A DNA stretch of 62,196 nucleotides from the NCBI GenBank assembly GCA_031581485.1, contig JAVLBA010000006.1, positions 1-62,196 on the forward strand, in the 5' to 3' direction. Source of the DNA: Desulfurivibrionaceae bacterium (GTDB lineage Bacteria; Desulfobacterota; Desulfobulbia; Desulfobulbales; SURF-16). Position 1 is the first letter of the stretch; each line of letters starts with the position of its first letter. Below the pieces are notes generated by a model. The model searched no databases. It worked only from the letters and a program-made list of their open reading frames with translations, and was not told the DNA's origin. Shown here in pieces: positions 40,745 to 50,660 of this stretch. The position numbers and the translations under genes were made by a program.

Positions 40745-41764
40745 ATGACAATGGATCTTGGTATCAATGTATTTGAAGTGTTTATCTACCTTGTGGGGTT
40801 TATCGCCTTTGCCGCTGCCAATGCCGCCTATCTGGTCTGGGTGGAACGGAAGGGCGCCGCCCATATACAGCGGCGGACCGGCCCCAAAGAAGTCGGCCCC
40901 TATGGGCTCCTCCAGCCCCTGGCCGATGGTGCCAAGCTGATGAGCAAGCAGTTCATTATTCCGGAAGGTGTGGACAGGCCCCTCTTTTTGCTGGCCCCCA
41001 TTATGACCATGGTGCCGGCCATCATGATCTTTGTCACCATCCCCTTTTCAGAGACCATCCTGGCCCGGGACTTCAATATCGGGTTGTTGATGATCCTGGC
41101 CTTTGCCTCGGTGAATGTCCTGGCCCTGCTTATGGGCGGCTGGGCGTCCCGCAACAAGTATGCAGTTATCTCGGCGGCGCGGGTGGTATCCCAGAACATC
41201 GCCTATGAGATTCCCATGCTCATTATCGCCATCACCATTGTCCTGATCACCGGCAGCATGAACCTCACAGAGATTGTTGCCGGTCAGGCCGGTGGTATCC
41301 TGCACTGGAATCTGCTGCCCACCAATGGCAACTTCCTCGGGCCCATTACCTTCATCATCTTCTTTATCTGCTCAATGGCCGAGACCAACCGCGCCCCCTT
41401 TGATCTTGGTGAAGCGGAGTCTGAACTCATTGCCGGTTTCCACACCGAATATTCCTCCATGGGCTTTGGTCTCTTCTTCATGGGCGAGTATGCCAATATC
41501 GTCATTGCCGCCGCCCTGACCACCATCCTTTTTCTGGGTGGCTGGTACAGCCCCTTACCGGAAACCATCCCCTATGCAGGGGCCAGCAGTGTGGCCTGGT
41601 TTCTGGTGAAGATGTACCTGCTGATCTGGATGGTGGTGTTGATTCGCTGGACCTATCCCCGGGTTACCCTCTGGTCTCTGCTGAATCTTTCCTGGAAAAT
41701 ATTGATTCCTTTCTCCCTCTTCAACCTGCTGGCCAGTGCCGGACTGGTAAAGTTCCTGGGTTAG
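40745..41764 (+). CDS. nuoH: Complex I subunit H
   Basis: ERK..A.IQ.R.GP, QPLADG.KL, AETNRAPFDL.EAESEL. Confidence 0.97.
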   Translation: MTMDLGINVFEVFIYLVGFIAFAAANAAYLVWVERKGAAHIQRRTGPKEVGPYGLLQPLADGAKLMSKQFIIPEGVDRPLFLLAPIMTMVPAIMIFVTIPFSETILARDFNIGLLMILAFASVNVLALLMGGWASRNKYAVISAARVVSQNIAYEIPMLIIAITIVLITGSMNLTEIVAGQAGGILHWNLLPTNGNFLGPITFIIFFICSMAETNRAPFDLGEAESELIAGFHTEYSSMGFGLFFMGEYANIVIAAALTTILFLGGWYSPLPETIPYAGASSVAWFLVKMYLLIWMVVLIRWTYPRVTLWSLLNLSWKILIPFSLFNLLASAGLVKFLG

Positions 41765-41822
41765 AGCAGGGCGGAAACCGAGAGAGCGATCATTAATCAG
41801 AACAAGGACAAGAGGCCTGCAT

Positions 41823-42263
41823 ATGGCTGGATATTTTACAAACATACTGGGTGGTGCCAAGAGTCTTGTCGTAGGGCTCTCCATCACCCAACGACAGTTT
41901 TTTAAAAAACCGATTACCCTGCAGTATCCCTGGGAATCCCTGGAGATGACCCCCCGTTATCGCGGCCATATCCAGCTGATCAAGAATGCGGAGAGCGGCA
42001 CCCATCAATGTATTTCCTGCGGCATGTGCGAAAAGAGCTGTCCGTCTGATTGCATCACCATTAAGGGGGAGAAGCAGGAAGGGGTCAAGGGTAAGGTGCT
42101 TGTCAAGTATGAGCTCGATTTTACCAAGTGCAGCCTGTGCGGACAATGTATTGCAAATTGCAAACCAGGCGCCATTGAGTTTTCCAGGGAGTACAATCTG
42201 GCCAGTACCCGTAAGGAAGATTTTCACTATGATTTGTTGAAACGCCTGAAGGAGCAGAAGTAA
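41823..42263 (+). CDS. nuoI: Complex I subunit I
   Basis: ITLQYP, RYRG, two CxxCxxCxxxC ferredoxin motifs. Confidence 0.96.
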   Translation: MAGYFTNILGGAKSLVVGLSITQRQFFKKPITLQYPWESLEMTPRYRGHIQLIKNAESGTHQCISCGMCEKSCPSDCITIKGEKQEGVKGKVLVKYELDFTKCSLCGQCIANCKPGAIEFSREYNLASTRKEDFHYDLLKRLKEQK

Positions 42264-42805
42264 TGAATCTTTCTATTTCTCCGGATATTGTCCCCATTTT
42301 CAGGGAAGGTATTTTCTTCGGATTGCTCATTGTCACTGTTTTGGGGGCCTTGATCTCCACCCTGGCCAAGCGCATGACCCGGGCCATTCTCGGGCTGGTG
42401 GTCTGTTTTATCGGGATTGCCGGCATCTATTTCTTCCTCAACAGTCACTTTGTTGCCCTGATGCAGCTTCTCATCTATGTGGGAGCCGTGGCCATCACCA
42501 TCTGTTTTGCCATTATGCTCGCCCAGCCGGATGAGGTGAAAATGGCAGCCAAGACCCCTGCTTTGGCCGGGCCCTTTGCCATCCTGCTGGGGGGGGCGGT
42601 GACCTGGGTACTGGCCTCCACGGCCATGAAGGCCACCTGGATGGTTCCGGCCCTGAAGGAGAATGAAGGCACGGTGAAACAGGTGGGCGAATCACTTTTG
42701 ACCACCTACAGTATGGTCTTTGAGCTGGTCTCCATAGTCCTTCTCCTGGCCATTCTTGGTGCCCTGGTTATCGCCAGATGTGGGAGGGATAAAATAGAAT
42801 GTTAA
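42263..42805 (+). CDS. nuoJ: Complex I subunit J
   Basis: QLLIYVGAV, FEL.SIVLL.A..GA. Confidence 0.95.
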   Translation: MNLSISPDIVPIFREGIFFGLLIVTVLGALISTLAKRMTRAILGLVVCFIGIAGIYFFLNSHFVALMQLLIYVGAVAITICFAIMLAQPDEVKMAAKTPALAGPFAILLGGAVTWVLASTAMKATWMVPALKENEGTVKQVGESLLTTYSMVFELVSIVLLLAILGALVIARCGRDKIEC

Positions 42806-43119
42806 CATTAAGCACCCAACTCAACACCTACCTCTTTATCGGCGCCATGCTCTTTGGTTTTGGAATCTTTGGCCTGGTGCGACGCCCCAGTCTGATCGGC
42901 ATGCTGATAGCCGCCGAGCTCGTCCTCTGCGGCGCCTCGGTGAACTTCATGGCCTTTAATCGATTCCTGGCTCCAGACCCCACCGTGGGCCAGATCATCA
43001 CCCTCTTTATTATGGCCATTGCCGCCGCTGAGGCCGCCATTGTCATGAGTATTATTATTGCCGTTTATCGAAACTATAAGTCCATCGAAACCGAGGACTT
43101 GGCAGATCTCCAAGGTTAA
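42799..43119 (+). CDS. nuoK: Complex I subunit K
   Basis: Three TM helices, AEL, GQ, IAAAEAA. Confidence 0.95.
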   Translation: MLTLSTQLNTYLFIGAMLFGFGIFGLVRRPSLIGMLIAAELVLCGASVNFMAFNRFLAPDPTVGQIITLFIMAIAAAEAAIVMSIIIAVYRNYKSIETEDLADLQG

Positions 43120-43136
43120 GAGAAGGATATCGGGAT

Positions 43137-44630
43137 ATGGAAATGAGCGCGCCAACCATTATTAACTCTTCAATACTGCTGTGGGCATTATTGATTCCCC
43201 TGGTGGGGGCCTTAGGTGTTTTCAGCTTTGGCAAGGACAGCCCTAATTTCAGGGAAGGCAGTTCTGTTCTGGCAGCGGTGGGGCTCTTTCTCACCATCCT
43301 CTCCATGAAGGATACGGTGCTGGCCGGCAATATGTACCAGTGGCAGTTGTTTGATATCCTGCCCGGCCTGTCGCTCACCCTGCGAGCCGATGCCTTTTCC
43401 ATGATCTTTGCCCTCATTGCCTCGGGCCTGTGGATCGCGGCCGCTGTCTACTCCATGGGCTATATGCGCACTCTGCAGGAACATGCCCAGACCCGTTTTA
43501 ATACCTGTTTTGCCTTGGCCATCTTCGGTGCCATCGGTGTTGCCTTTTCCGATAACCTCTTCACCATGTACCTCTTCTACGAGTTTGTCTCCATCACCAC
43601 CTATCCTCTGGTTGCCCACCATCAGGATGAAGAGGCCTTTGAGGGTGCCAAAAAGTATATTGTCTACCTGACCACCACGGCCAAGGGGCTGCTCCTGCCT
43701 GCCATGATCCTTATCTATGTGATCACCGGCACCCTGGATTTTCCCACCAATATCTATGAAGGTATGCTGGGCGGCGATGTGGAGAGCTGGATGGTTATCA
43801 TGCTCTTTATCTTCTGCCTCTTCGGGTTTGCCAAAAACGGCGTCATGCCCTTTCATCACTGGCTGCCCGGTGCCATGGTCGCCCCCACCCCGGTCTCGGC
43901 CCTCCTCCATGCCGTGGCTGTGGTTAAGGTCGGCGTCTTTTGTACTGCCCGCGGCTTTCTTTACATCTTCGGCGTCGATTTGATGGACAAGCTCAACCTG
44001 GGCATTCCCACCGCCTATTTTGTCGGCTTCACCATTCTCATGGCCTCGGCCATCGCCCTGACCAAGGACAATTTGAAGGCCAGGCTGGCCTATTCAACGG
44101 TGAGCCAACTTTCCTATATTCTCCTGGGGGTCTGTCTGCTCACCCCCAGCGGTATGGCCGGCGGCCTGATTCATATCGCCAACCACGCCTTCTCCAAGAT
44201 TACCCTCTTCTTCTGCGCCGGGGCCATCTATGTGGCCACCCATAAGAAGAATATCTCTGAGATGAGCGGCTTGGGTAGGCTCATGCCCTGGACCTTCGGT
44301 GCCTTTGGTGTGGCCTCGCTGAGTATGATCGGGGCCCCGCCGGTGGCCGGCTTTGTCACCAAATGGAAGCTTCTGGTGGGAACCATCGAAGCAGGGGCCT
44401 TGGGCATCATTCTCATCCTGCTGGCCAGTACCCTGCTCAATGTTGCCTATTTTGCGCCCATTACCTATAAGGCATTCTTCGGCAAGAGGCCGGCAGGCGA
44501 GGTGGATACCGGTATTAAGGAGGCCCCGCTCTCCATGGTGATTCCCCTCTGCTGTACCTGTGCCATTTCCGTTTATATCGGTATAAACCCAGACTTTTTC
44601 ATGGATTTAGTTAAGGCGGTGATAGGATGA
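43137..44630 (+). CDS. Antiporter-like subunit (MrpD/NuoL-M-N superfamily)
   Basis: YLFYE, PFHHWLPGAMVAPTPVSALLHA..VVK, RLAYSTVSQ, NHAFSK; 497 aa. Confidence 0.92.
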   Translation: MEMSAPTIINSSILLWALLIPLVGALGVFSFGKDSPNFREGSSVLAAVGLFLTILSMKDTVLAGNMYQWQLFDILPGLSLTLRADAFSMIFALIASGLWIAAAVYSMGYMRTLQEHAQTRFNTCFALAIFGAIGVAFSDNLFTMYLFYEFVSITTYPLVAHHQDEEAFEGAKKYIVYLTTTAKGLLLPAMILIYVITGTLDFPTNIYEGMLGGDVESWMVIMLFIFCLFGFAKNGVMPFHHWLPGAMVAPTPVSALLHAVAVVKVGVFCTARGFLYIFGVDLMDKLNLGIPTAYFVGFTILMASAIALTKDNLKARLAYSTVSQLSYILLGVCLLTPSGMAGGLIHIANHAFSKITLFFCAGAIYVATHKKNISEMSGLGRLMPWTFGAFGVASLSMIGAPPVAGFVTKWKLLVGTIEAGALGIILILLASTLLNVAYFAPITYKAFFGKRPAGEVDTGIKEAPLSMVIPLCCTCAISVYIGINPDFFMDLVKAVIG

Positions 44631-44884
44631 TACTTGTCCATCTGATCGATTATCTCCGGGATCGTCTCAAATATGTCATCCGGGTCTCTTACGTGGTCCT
44701 GGCCGGGGTTGCTGTTTGGGGTTCCCTTGTGGCCTATGAGAGCCATCATGCCCACACGGCCATGGAAAAATGGCCCTTTTTCTGGTCTGTTTTCGGGTTT
44801 CTGGCCTGCGCTATTATTATTGTGGTCTCCAAGTGGTATGGCCACTCTGGCGTCATGACACGAGAGGATTACTACGATGAGTGA
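44627..44884 (+). CDS. Small 2-TM protein between antiporter subunits
   Basis: Overlaps both neighbours; PFFWSVFGF.AC and C-terminal REDYYDE. Confidence 0.85.
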   Translation: MILVHLIDYLRDRLKYVIRVSYVVLAGVAVWGSLVAYESHHAHTAMEKWPFFWSVFGFLACAIIIVVSKWYGHSGVMTREDYYDE

Positions 44885-46667
44885 TATCTGGCTGCACCCT
44901 TCTGTCATCCTGATTGTCGGGGCCCTGCTCTTGCCCTTTATGCAGAATCCCTTGGTCCGGCGCCCCTTTTTGCTGGCCATACCCCTGCTCACCTTCTTAC
45001 AGGTCCTCATCGTCAATGGCGCCCCCGGCACCTATGGGGTGGTGAACTGGCTGGACTGGTTTCTCACCTTTGGCAGGGTGGATAGTCTCAGCATCATCTT
45101 CAGCTTCATCATGAGCCTCATGTGCTGTGTGGGCACTCTTTACGGTCTCCATGTCAAGAATCCCTATGAGCATATGGCAGCCTGGCTCTATGTGGCCGGT
45201 TCCCTGGGCGCTATCTACTGCGGTGACTACCTGGTTCTCTTCCTTTTCTGGGAGATGATGGCCTTCTCCTCAGTGTTTTTGATCTGGTTCAGGAAACGGC
45301 AACAATCGCAGAAGATCGGCTACCGCTACCTGCTGGTCCATACCGTAGGCGGCCTCTTCCTGCTGGCTGGCTTTGTTCTGCGCTACCAGGTCACCGGGGG
45401 TGATTACTCCTTTGGCCAGCTTGATGTGGACAGCCCCGTCCTCTATACCTATCTGATCGGTATCGGTCTCATCTTAAACGCTGCAGTGCCGCCATTTCAC
45501 TCCTGGCTGCCTGATGCCTATGGTGAAGCCACGGTCACCGGTTCCGTGTTCATGTGTGCCTTTACCACCAAGACCGCCATCTATGCCATGGCCCGCTCTC
45601 TGGCCGGTTTCGATATCCTGATTCCCATGGGCGTGATCATGGCCCTCTATGGTGTTGTCTACGCGGTGCTGGAAAACGACGCCCGCCGCCTCTTGGCCTG
45701 GCATATCATCTCCCAGGTGGGCTATATGGTCACCGGTGTCGGTATCGGTACCGCCTTGGCCATCAATGGTACCTGTGCCCATGCCTTTGCCCATATCCTT
45801 TACAAGGGACTGCTCTTCATGGGGACGGGTTCCGTGCTCTACATGACCGGCAAATCCAAATTCACCGAACTGGGCGGTCTCTATAAGAAGATGCCGTGGA
45901 CCTTTGTCTTCACCATGATCGGCGGTCTCTCCATCTCGGCCTGGCCGCTTTTTTCAGGCTTTGTCTCCAAGTCGATGATTGTTGCCGCCGCCTTTAATGA
46001 ACATCTCATGTGGGCAGGCTTTCTGCTCACCCTGGCCTCTGCCGGTACCTTTCTCCATACCGGCCTCAAGGTTCCCTATTTCATCTGGTTCGGTAAGAAC
46101 AACTGTTCCCCGGAAACCTGGGAAAAGGCCCAGGATCCACCCATGAACATGATGTTTGCCATGGGCATAGCCTCTTTTCTCTGTCTGCTCATCGGCGTCT
46201 ATCTGCCCTTCATGTATGACATGCTGCCTTACCAGTGGGCCCAGTATCAGCCCTATACCGCCTATCATCTGGCCGAGACCCTGCAGATCCTCTGTTTTAC
46301 CGCCCTGGGCTTCTTCCTGCTCCTTTCCAAGTTGACCCCGGAGGCGAAGATTTCCATCGATCTTGACTGGTTCTATCGCCAGGGCGGCTCGCTCTTTCTG
46401 TGGATTGACCGGGTGGTCTTTCAGACCGTTGACAACTGGGTGGGACGGATCTGGGACAAGGTCGGCATTATGCCCCTTATGACCATCTCCACTTTCTGGT
46501 CCTGGTTTGACTGGCATGCCATTGACGGTGTGGTCGATGGTGTGGCCCGTGGGGTGCGGGGGCTCGGTGGGCAGGTGCGGCGGCTGCAGTCCGGCCAGCT
46601 CCAATACAATATTTATTTTGCGGCAACGGTGATGACCGTTGCCATCATAGCCTACGTCTTTGCGTAA
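44877..46667 (+). CDS. Antiporter-like subunit with C-terminal lateral helix (NuoL-position; MrpA/D-like)
   Basis: FWEMM, HSWLPDAY, FTTK, ISQVGYM, HILYK; tail D..AIDGVVDG..RRLQSG.LQY typical of NuoL. Confidence 0.9.
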   Translation: MSDIWLHPSVILIVGALLLPFMQNPLVRRPFLLAIPLLTFLQVLIVNGAPGTYGVVNWLDWFLTFGRVDSLSIIFSFIMSLMCCVGTLYGLHVKNPYEHMAAWLYVAGSLGAIYCGDYLVLFLFWEMMAFSSVFLIWFRKRQQSQKIGYRYLLVHTVGGLFLLAGFVLRYQVTGGDYSFGQLDVDSPVLYTYLIGIGLILNAAVPPFHSWLPDAYGEATVTGSVFMCAFTTKTAIYAMARSLAGFDILIPMGVIMALYGVVYAVLENDARRLLAWHIISQVGYMVTGVGIGTALAINGTCAHAFAHILYKGLLFMGTGSVLYMTGKSKFTELGGLYKKMPWTFVFTMIGGLSISAWPLFSGFVSKSMIVAAAFNEHLMWAGFLLTLASAGTFLHTGLKVPYFIWFGKNNCSPETWEKAQDPPMNMMFAMGIASFLCLLIGVYLPFMYDMLPYQWAQYQPYTAYHLAETLQILCFTALGFFLLLSKLTPEAKISIDLDWFYRQGGSLFLWIDRVVFQTVDNWVGRIWDKVGIMPLMTISTFWSWFDWHAIDGVVDGVARGVRGLGGQVRRLQSGQLQYNIYFAATVMTVAIIAYVFA

Positions 46668-46689
46668 CGTGAACAAGGGGTTTTAAGGA

Positions 46690-48186
46690 ATGGAACTGAT
46701 TATAAGTGGGGGACATCTCCTCAGCTGGCTTATCTTCATACCTTTAATAGGTGCAGGCCTGTTGTTTTTCACGCCTGGCGAGGAAAACCAGAGGCGGTTG
46801 GCCTTTGTGGTAACAAGTGTAAACGCCTTGCTGTCGCTCAAGCTCTGGAGCGGTTTTGATGCCTCCACTGCGGCCCTGCAGTTTGGGGAAAGATTCGCCT
46901 GGATCCCTTCATTGAACATTGAGTATGCCCTGGGGCTCGACGGGATCAGCATCCTGCTGGTCATGCTGACCACCTTTATCATGCCCCTCTGTGTCCTTGG
47001 TTCCTGGACCTATATCAGCAAGAGGGTGAAGGAATTCATGGTCTGTCTGCTGGTTATGGAGACCGCCATGATCGGCGTCTTCTGTGCCATGGATTTTGTC
47101 CTCTTCTATGTCTTCTGGGAGATGATGCTCATCCCCATGTATCTGCTCATCGGGGTCTGGGGCGGGGCGCGCCGGAAGTATGCCTCTGTCAAGTTCTTCC
47201 TCTATACCCTGGCCGGTTCCGTGCTGCTTCTGGTGGCTATTATTGCCCTCTACCTGGCCAATGACCATTCCTGGTTTATTCCTGACATGATGGGCAAGGG
47301 CTATTCCATGGGCTTTCAGGTCTGGATCTTTCTGGCCTTTTTCCTGGCCTTTGCCATCAAAGTACCCATGTTTCCCTTTCATACCTGGTTACCCGCCGCC
47401 CATGTCGAGGCCCCGGGAGCCGGTTCCGTGATCCTCGCCTCTGTCCTTTTGAAGATGGGCACCTATGGTTTTCTGCGCTTTGGTCTGCCTATTACCCCCC
47501 AGGCCACCCTGGCCCTGGCCCCCTATATGCTGTGGCTCTCCATTGCCGGTATACTGTATGGTGGCTTTACGGCCCTGGCCCAGTCTGACATGAAGAAACT
47601 GATCGCCTATTCGTCCGTGGGCCATATGGGCTTTGTGACCCTGGGGATCTTTGTCCTGAACACCTCTGGGGTGGAGGGGGCTCTTATCCAGATGGTCAAC
47701 CATGGGATCACTACCGGTGCCCTTTTTCTGATGATCGGCATGATCTATGAGCGGACCCATAGTCGTGAGATCAAGGATCATTCCGGGCTGGCCTATACCC
47801 TGCCCATCTTTGTCTCCTTTCTGACCATATTCGCCCTCAGCTCCCTGGGCTTCCCGGGCACCAACAGTTTTATCGGGGAATTTCTCATCCTGGTGGGTGC
47901 CTTCAGTCATAATAAAATCATTGCCGGCTTTGCCATACCGGGCGCGGTGCTGGCGGCGGCCTATATGCTGCGTCTCCTCCAGCATGTGCTCTTTAAAGGC
48001 AAAGGACGGACAGATATCAGCGATCTGAACTTCAGAGAATGCCTTACCCTGGCGCCCTTGCTGATTCTGGTATTCTGGATCGGCCTTGCCCCGGAACCTT
48101 TTATGCATGTCATGCACACCAGTGTGGAGTTTCTGCTCAACCAGGTTCACGCTTCCCAGGCCGTGGCCGCCCTGGCTGGACAGTAA
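46690..48186 (+). CDS. nuoM: Complex I subunit M
   Basis: LDGIS, FWE..LIP, KVPMFPFHTWLP.AHVEAP, LLKMG.YG, AYSSVGHMG. Confidence 0.96.
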   Translation: MELIISGGHLLSWLIFIPLIGAGLLFFTPGEENQRRLAFVVTSVNALLSLKLWSGFDASTAALQFGERFAWIPSLNIEYALGLDGISILLVMLTTFIMPLCVLGSWTYISKRVKEFMVCLLVMETAMIGVFCAMDFVLFYVFWEMMLIPMYLLIGVWGGARRKYASVKFFLYTLAGSVLLLVAIIALYLANDHSWFIPDMMGKGYSMGFQVWIFLAFFLAFAIKVPMFPFHTWLPAAHVEAPGAGSVILASVLLKMGTYGFLRFGLPITPQATLALAPYMLWLSIAGILYGGFTALAQSDMKKLIAYSSVGHMGFVTLGIFVLNTSGVEGALIQMVNHGITTGALFLMIGMIYERTHSREIKDHSGLAYTLPIFVSFLTIFALSSLGFPGTNSFIGEFLILVGAFSHNKIIAGFAIPGAVLAAAYMLRLLQHVLFKGKGRTDISDLNFRECLTLAPLLILVFWIGLAPEPFMHVMHTSVEFLLNQVHASQAVAALAGQ

Positions 48187-48282
48187 TGGGCGTTTGATCT
48201 CGCAATGGCACCCCTTATTGCTGCGCAAAAGAGTGGCTGCTCTTTAAGCATCAGGTTGATAATTAAACATTAGGAATAGACC

Positions 48283-49698
48283 ATGTTGTTCTTACCAGAA
48301 TTGTTCCTCCTTGGCGGCAGCCTCCTCCTCTTCTTCGTTACCCTTGGAGAGGATAAAGGCACTCTGGCCAAAAACATCACCATCGCCATTGGCCTGGGGC
48401 TCACTATCCTCTGTGCCTGGGGCATAAACAACAGCGGCACCATGTTCTTCGGGGCCTATGCGGTGGATTTTTATTCGCAGTTTTTCAAGCTGATCATTGC
48501 CCTGGGCCTGACCTTTGTCCTGTTGCTGGCGCCTGATCTCAAAGGCGTCAACACCAAGATAGAGGCGGAATATTATCTCTTCATGGTCCTTTCGGTCCTC
48601 GGTCTGGTGATGCTGGTCTCCAGCGCCGAGCTTCTCACCCTCTTTGTCGCCCTGGAACTTTCCTCCTTTGCCCTCTATCTGATGGTGCCCATGCGGGATG
48701 ACACCACGGGTGAGAGAAAGCAGATGGAGGCCGCCATCAAGTATATCATGTTCGGGGTGATTTCCACCGGCACCATGCTCTTTGGCATGTCCTATCTGTT
48801 CGGCCTCACCGGCACCACCTATTTCATTGAGCTGCTTCCCGCCCTGCAGGGTATGGTGGGCAACCCTGTTGCCCTTCTTGCCGTGCTCATGGTACTGGTG
48901 GGTTTCTTTTACAAACTGGGCATCTTTCCCTTTCATTTCTGGGTACCTGATGTCTATGAGGGGGCTGCCAATGCCACCACCTCCTTCATTGCCACTGTGC
49001 CCAAGATCGCGGCCGTGGCCATTATGATCCGGATAATGACCCTGGCCAACCCCGCTGATTCCAGTTGGCTTGTGCTTATTCTGATGATTGCGGCCGTGGC
49101 CTCCATGTTTTACGGCAATCTTGCGGCCTTGGTGCAGACAGATATCAAGCGGATGCTTGGTTTTTCCGGTATTGCCCATGCCGGTTTTGTGCTGCTCGGT
49201 CTGCTGGCCATGGATGAGCTGGGCTATGCCCGGGCCACCTTTTATATTATCGGCTATCTGCTGATGAATCTGGCCTGCTTCCTGGTGGTCTGCAATGTTT
49301 CCGTGCAGGGTGAGAATGTCAGCCGTGATGATCTCAAAGGTCTCTACAAGAGATCACCTTTCCTGGCCCTGGTGCTCCTGGTGGGCATGTTTGCCCTGGC
49401 GGGTATTCCGCCCTTTGTCGGTTTTATCGGTAAATTCATGCTGCTCACCGGGGCCCTGCAGGCCGGTCATCTGATCCTGGTTATTCTGGCGGCCTTAAAT
49501 ACGGCCATCGCCATTTTCTATTATCTCTCTGTGGTGCGTGTCGCCTTCACCTCTGATCCGGAAGATCGTCCTGATGTCGAGGTCGGGGCCTCCACCTGGG
49601 CCGTGGGTATGATCTTGATGGTGGTCATCGTGTACATGGGGATTGCCCCCAACCAGATCCTGGCCATGGCCGGCCAGGCCATGCAGGTCATTATGTGA
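48283..49698 (+). CDS. nuoN: Complex I subunit N
   Basis: LEL, EAAIKY, PFHFWVPDVYEGA, KRML..S.IAH.G, LAGIPP..GF..K. Confidence 0.96.
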   Translation: MLFLPELFLLGGSLLLFFVTLGEDKGTLAKNITIAIGLGLTILCAWGINNSGTMFFGAYAVDFYSQFFKLIIALGLTFVLLLAPDLKGVNTKIEAEYYLFMVLSVLGLVMLVSSAELLTLFVALELSSFALYLMVPMRDDTTGERKQMEAAIKYIMFGVISTGTMLFGMSYLFGLTGTTYFIELLPALQGMVGNPVALLAVLMVLVGFFYKLGIFPFHFWVPDVYEGAANATTSFIATVPKIAAVAIMIRIMTLANPADSSWLVLILMIAAVASMFYGNLAALVQTDIKRMLGFSGIAHAGFVLLGLLAMDELGYARATFYIIGYLLMNLACFLVVCNVSVQGENVSRDDLKGLYKRSPFLALVLLVGMFALAGIPPFVGFIGKFMLLTGALQAGHLILVILAALNTAIAIFYYLSVVRVAFTSDPEDRPDVEVGASTWAVGMILMVVIVYMGIAPNQILAMAGQAMQVIM

Positions 49699-49721
49699 GT
49701 TAAGCCCACAGGAAGCGTTGC

Positions 49722-49759
49722 AAAAAGGCTGCGGGTTGCTCAACCTGCAGCCTTTTTTT
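49722..49759 (+). terminator. Intrinsic terminator of nuo operon
   Basis: AAAAAGGCTGCGGGTTG-CT-CAACCTGCAGCCTTTTTTT. Confidence 0.85.
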
Positions 49760-49909
49760 ATTCCTGCTGGGGGCTGGCGCTGGCGGCTCAAAGATTGAGA
49801 GCTTGACAAATAAAAAATATTTGTTTAAAAAGTTAATCTTATCTGTCAGGCTCTTTGCTGTCAGGTCGAAGAGGTTTGCGACATGGACCCCTCTGTTTGC
49901 AGTGATTGA

Positions 49910-49985
49910 GCGGACATAGCTCAGTTGGTAGAGTACAAGCTTCCCAAGCTTGGTGTCGCGGGTTCGATCCCCGTTGTCCGCTCCA
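49910..49985 (+). tRNA. tRNA-Gly(CCC)
   Basis: GCGGACATAGCTCAG..CAAGC-TTCCCAA-GCTTG..GGTTCGATCC..CCA; TTGACA at 49803 upstream. Confidence 0.98.
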
Positions 49986-50058
49986 GCCTCTCGCCGTCCT
50001 TGTCCGGCTTTTCTTTTGTCTTTTTGACAAAAGAAGCATTCGTTAAGCGGTTTATGCA

Positions 50059-50083
50059 AAGTGGGCTCTGCCCGCTTTTTTTA
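50059..50083 (+). promoter_or_regulatory. rimP leader hairpin (attenuator-like)
   Basis: AAGTGGGCTCTGCCCGCTTTTTTT upstream of rimP, matching the general form of the rimP leader. Confidence 0.65.
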
Positions 50084-50152
50084 TTGTATCAACAGGAGAG
50101 GCCAAGCCATCGTTCTCTTTTGAGGCTGGCCTTCTTCAGTCAAGGTGGGGAA

Positions 50153-50611
50153 ATGGCCCAGAGCATGCTCCTGGACAGGCTTTATGAGATTATCAAGCCC
50201 ATAACTGCTGACCATGGTCTGGAACTTGTTGAGGTCCAATACCGTCAGGAAGAGTCTGGCTGGGTATTGCGCATTATCATCCATAGGCCCGAGGGTATTT
50301 CTGTTGATGATTGCGCCCGGGTCAGCCGGGAGAGCGCGCACCTTCTTGATGTTGAGGATATTATTCCTCATACATATCATCTTGAGGTCTCCTCTCCCGG
50401 CCTGGATAGGCCCCTTGCCACCCCCCGTGATTTTGAGAGAAATCTGGGTAAAAAAATAAAGATAACCTTTGCCCGGCCTGACGATCTTTTCATTGGTCAG
50501 GGCATTATTGAAAAAGTTCACGGTGATCTGATTACCTTGAAAAGCGGTGAAGAAAGCCTGACCTTTTCCTGTGACAAGGTTAAAAAGGCCAAACTCCTAA
50601 TCGAGTTTTAG
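50153..50611 (+). CDS. rimP: Ribosome maturation factor RimP
   Basis: GISVDDC..SR, YHLEVSSPGLDRPL. Confidence 0.96.
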   Translation: MAQSMLLDRLYEIIKPITADHGLELVEVQYRQEESGWVLRIIIHRPEGISVDDCARVSRESAHLLDVEDIIPHTYHLEVSSPGLDRPLATPRDFERNLGKKIKITFARPDDLFIGQGIIEKVHGDLITLKSGEESLTFSCDKVKKAKLLIEF

Positions 50612-50660
50612 GTCTCTCCAACTAATTTACTATATATCTTCCTCCACCTGGAGAAATGTG

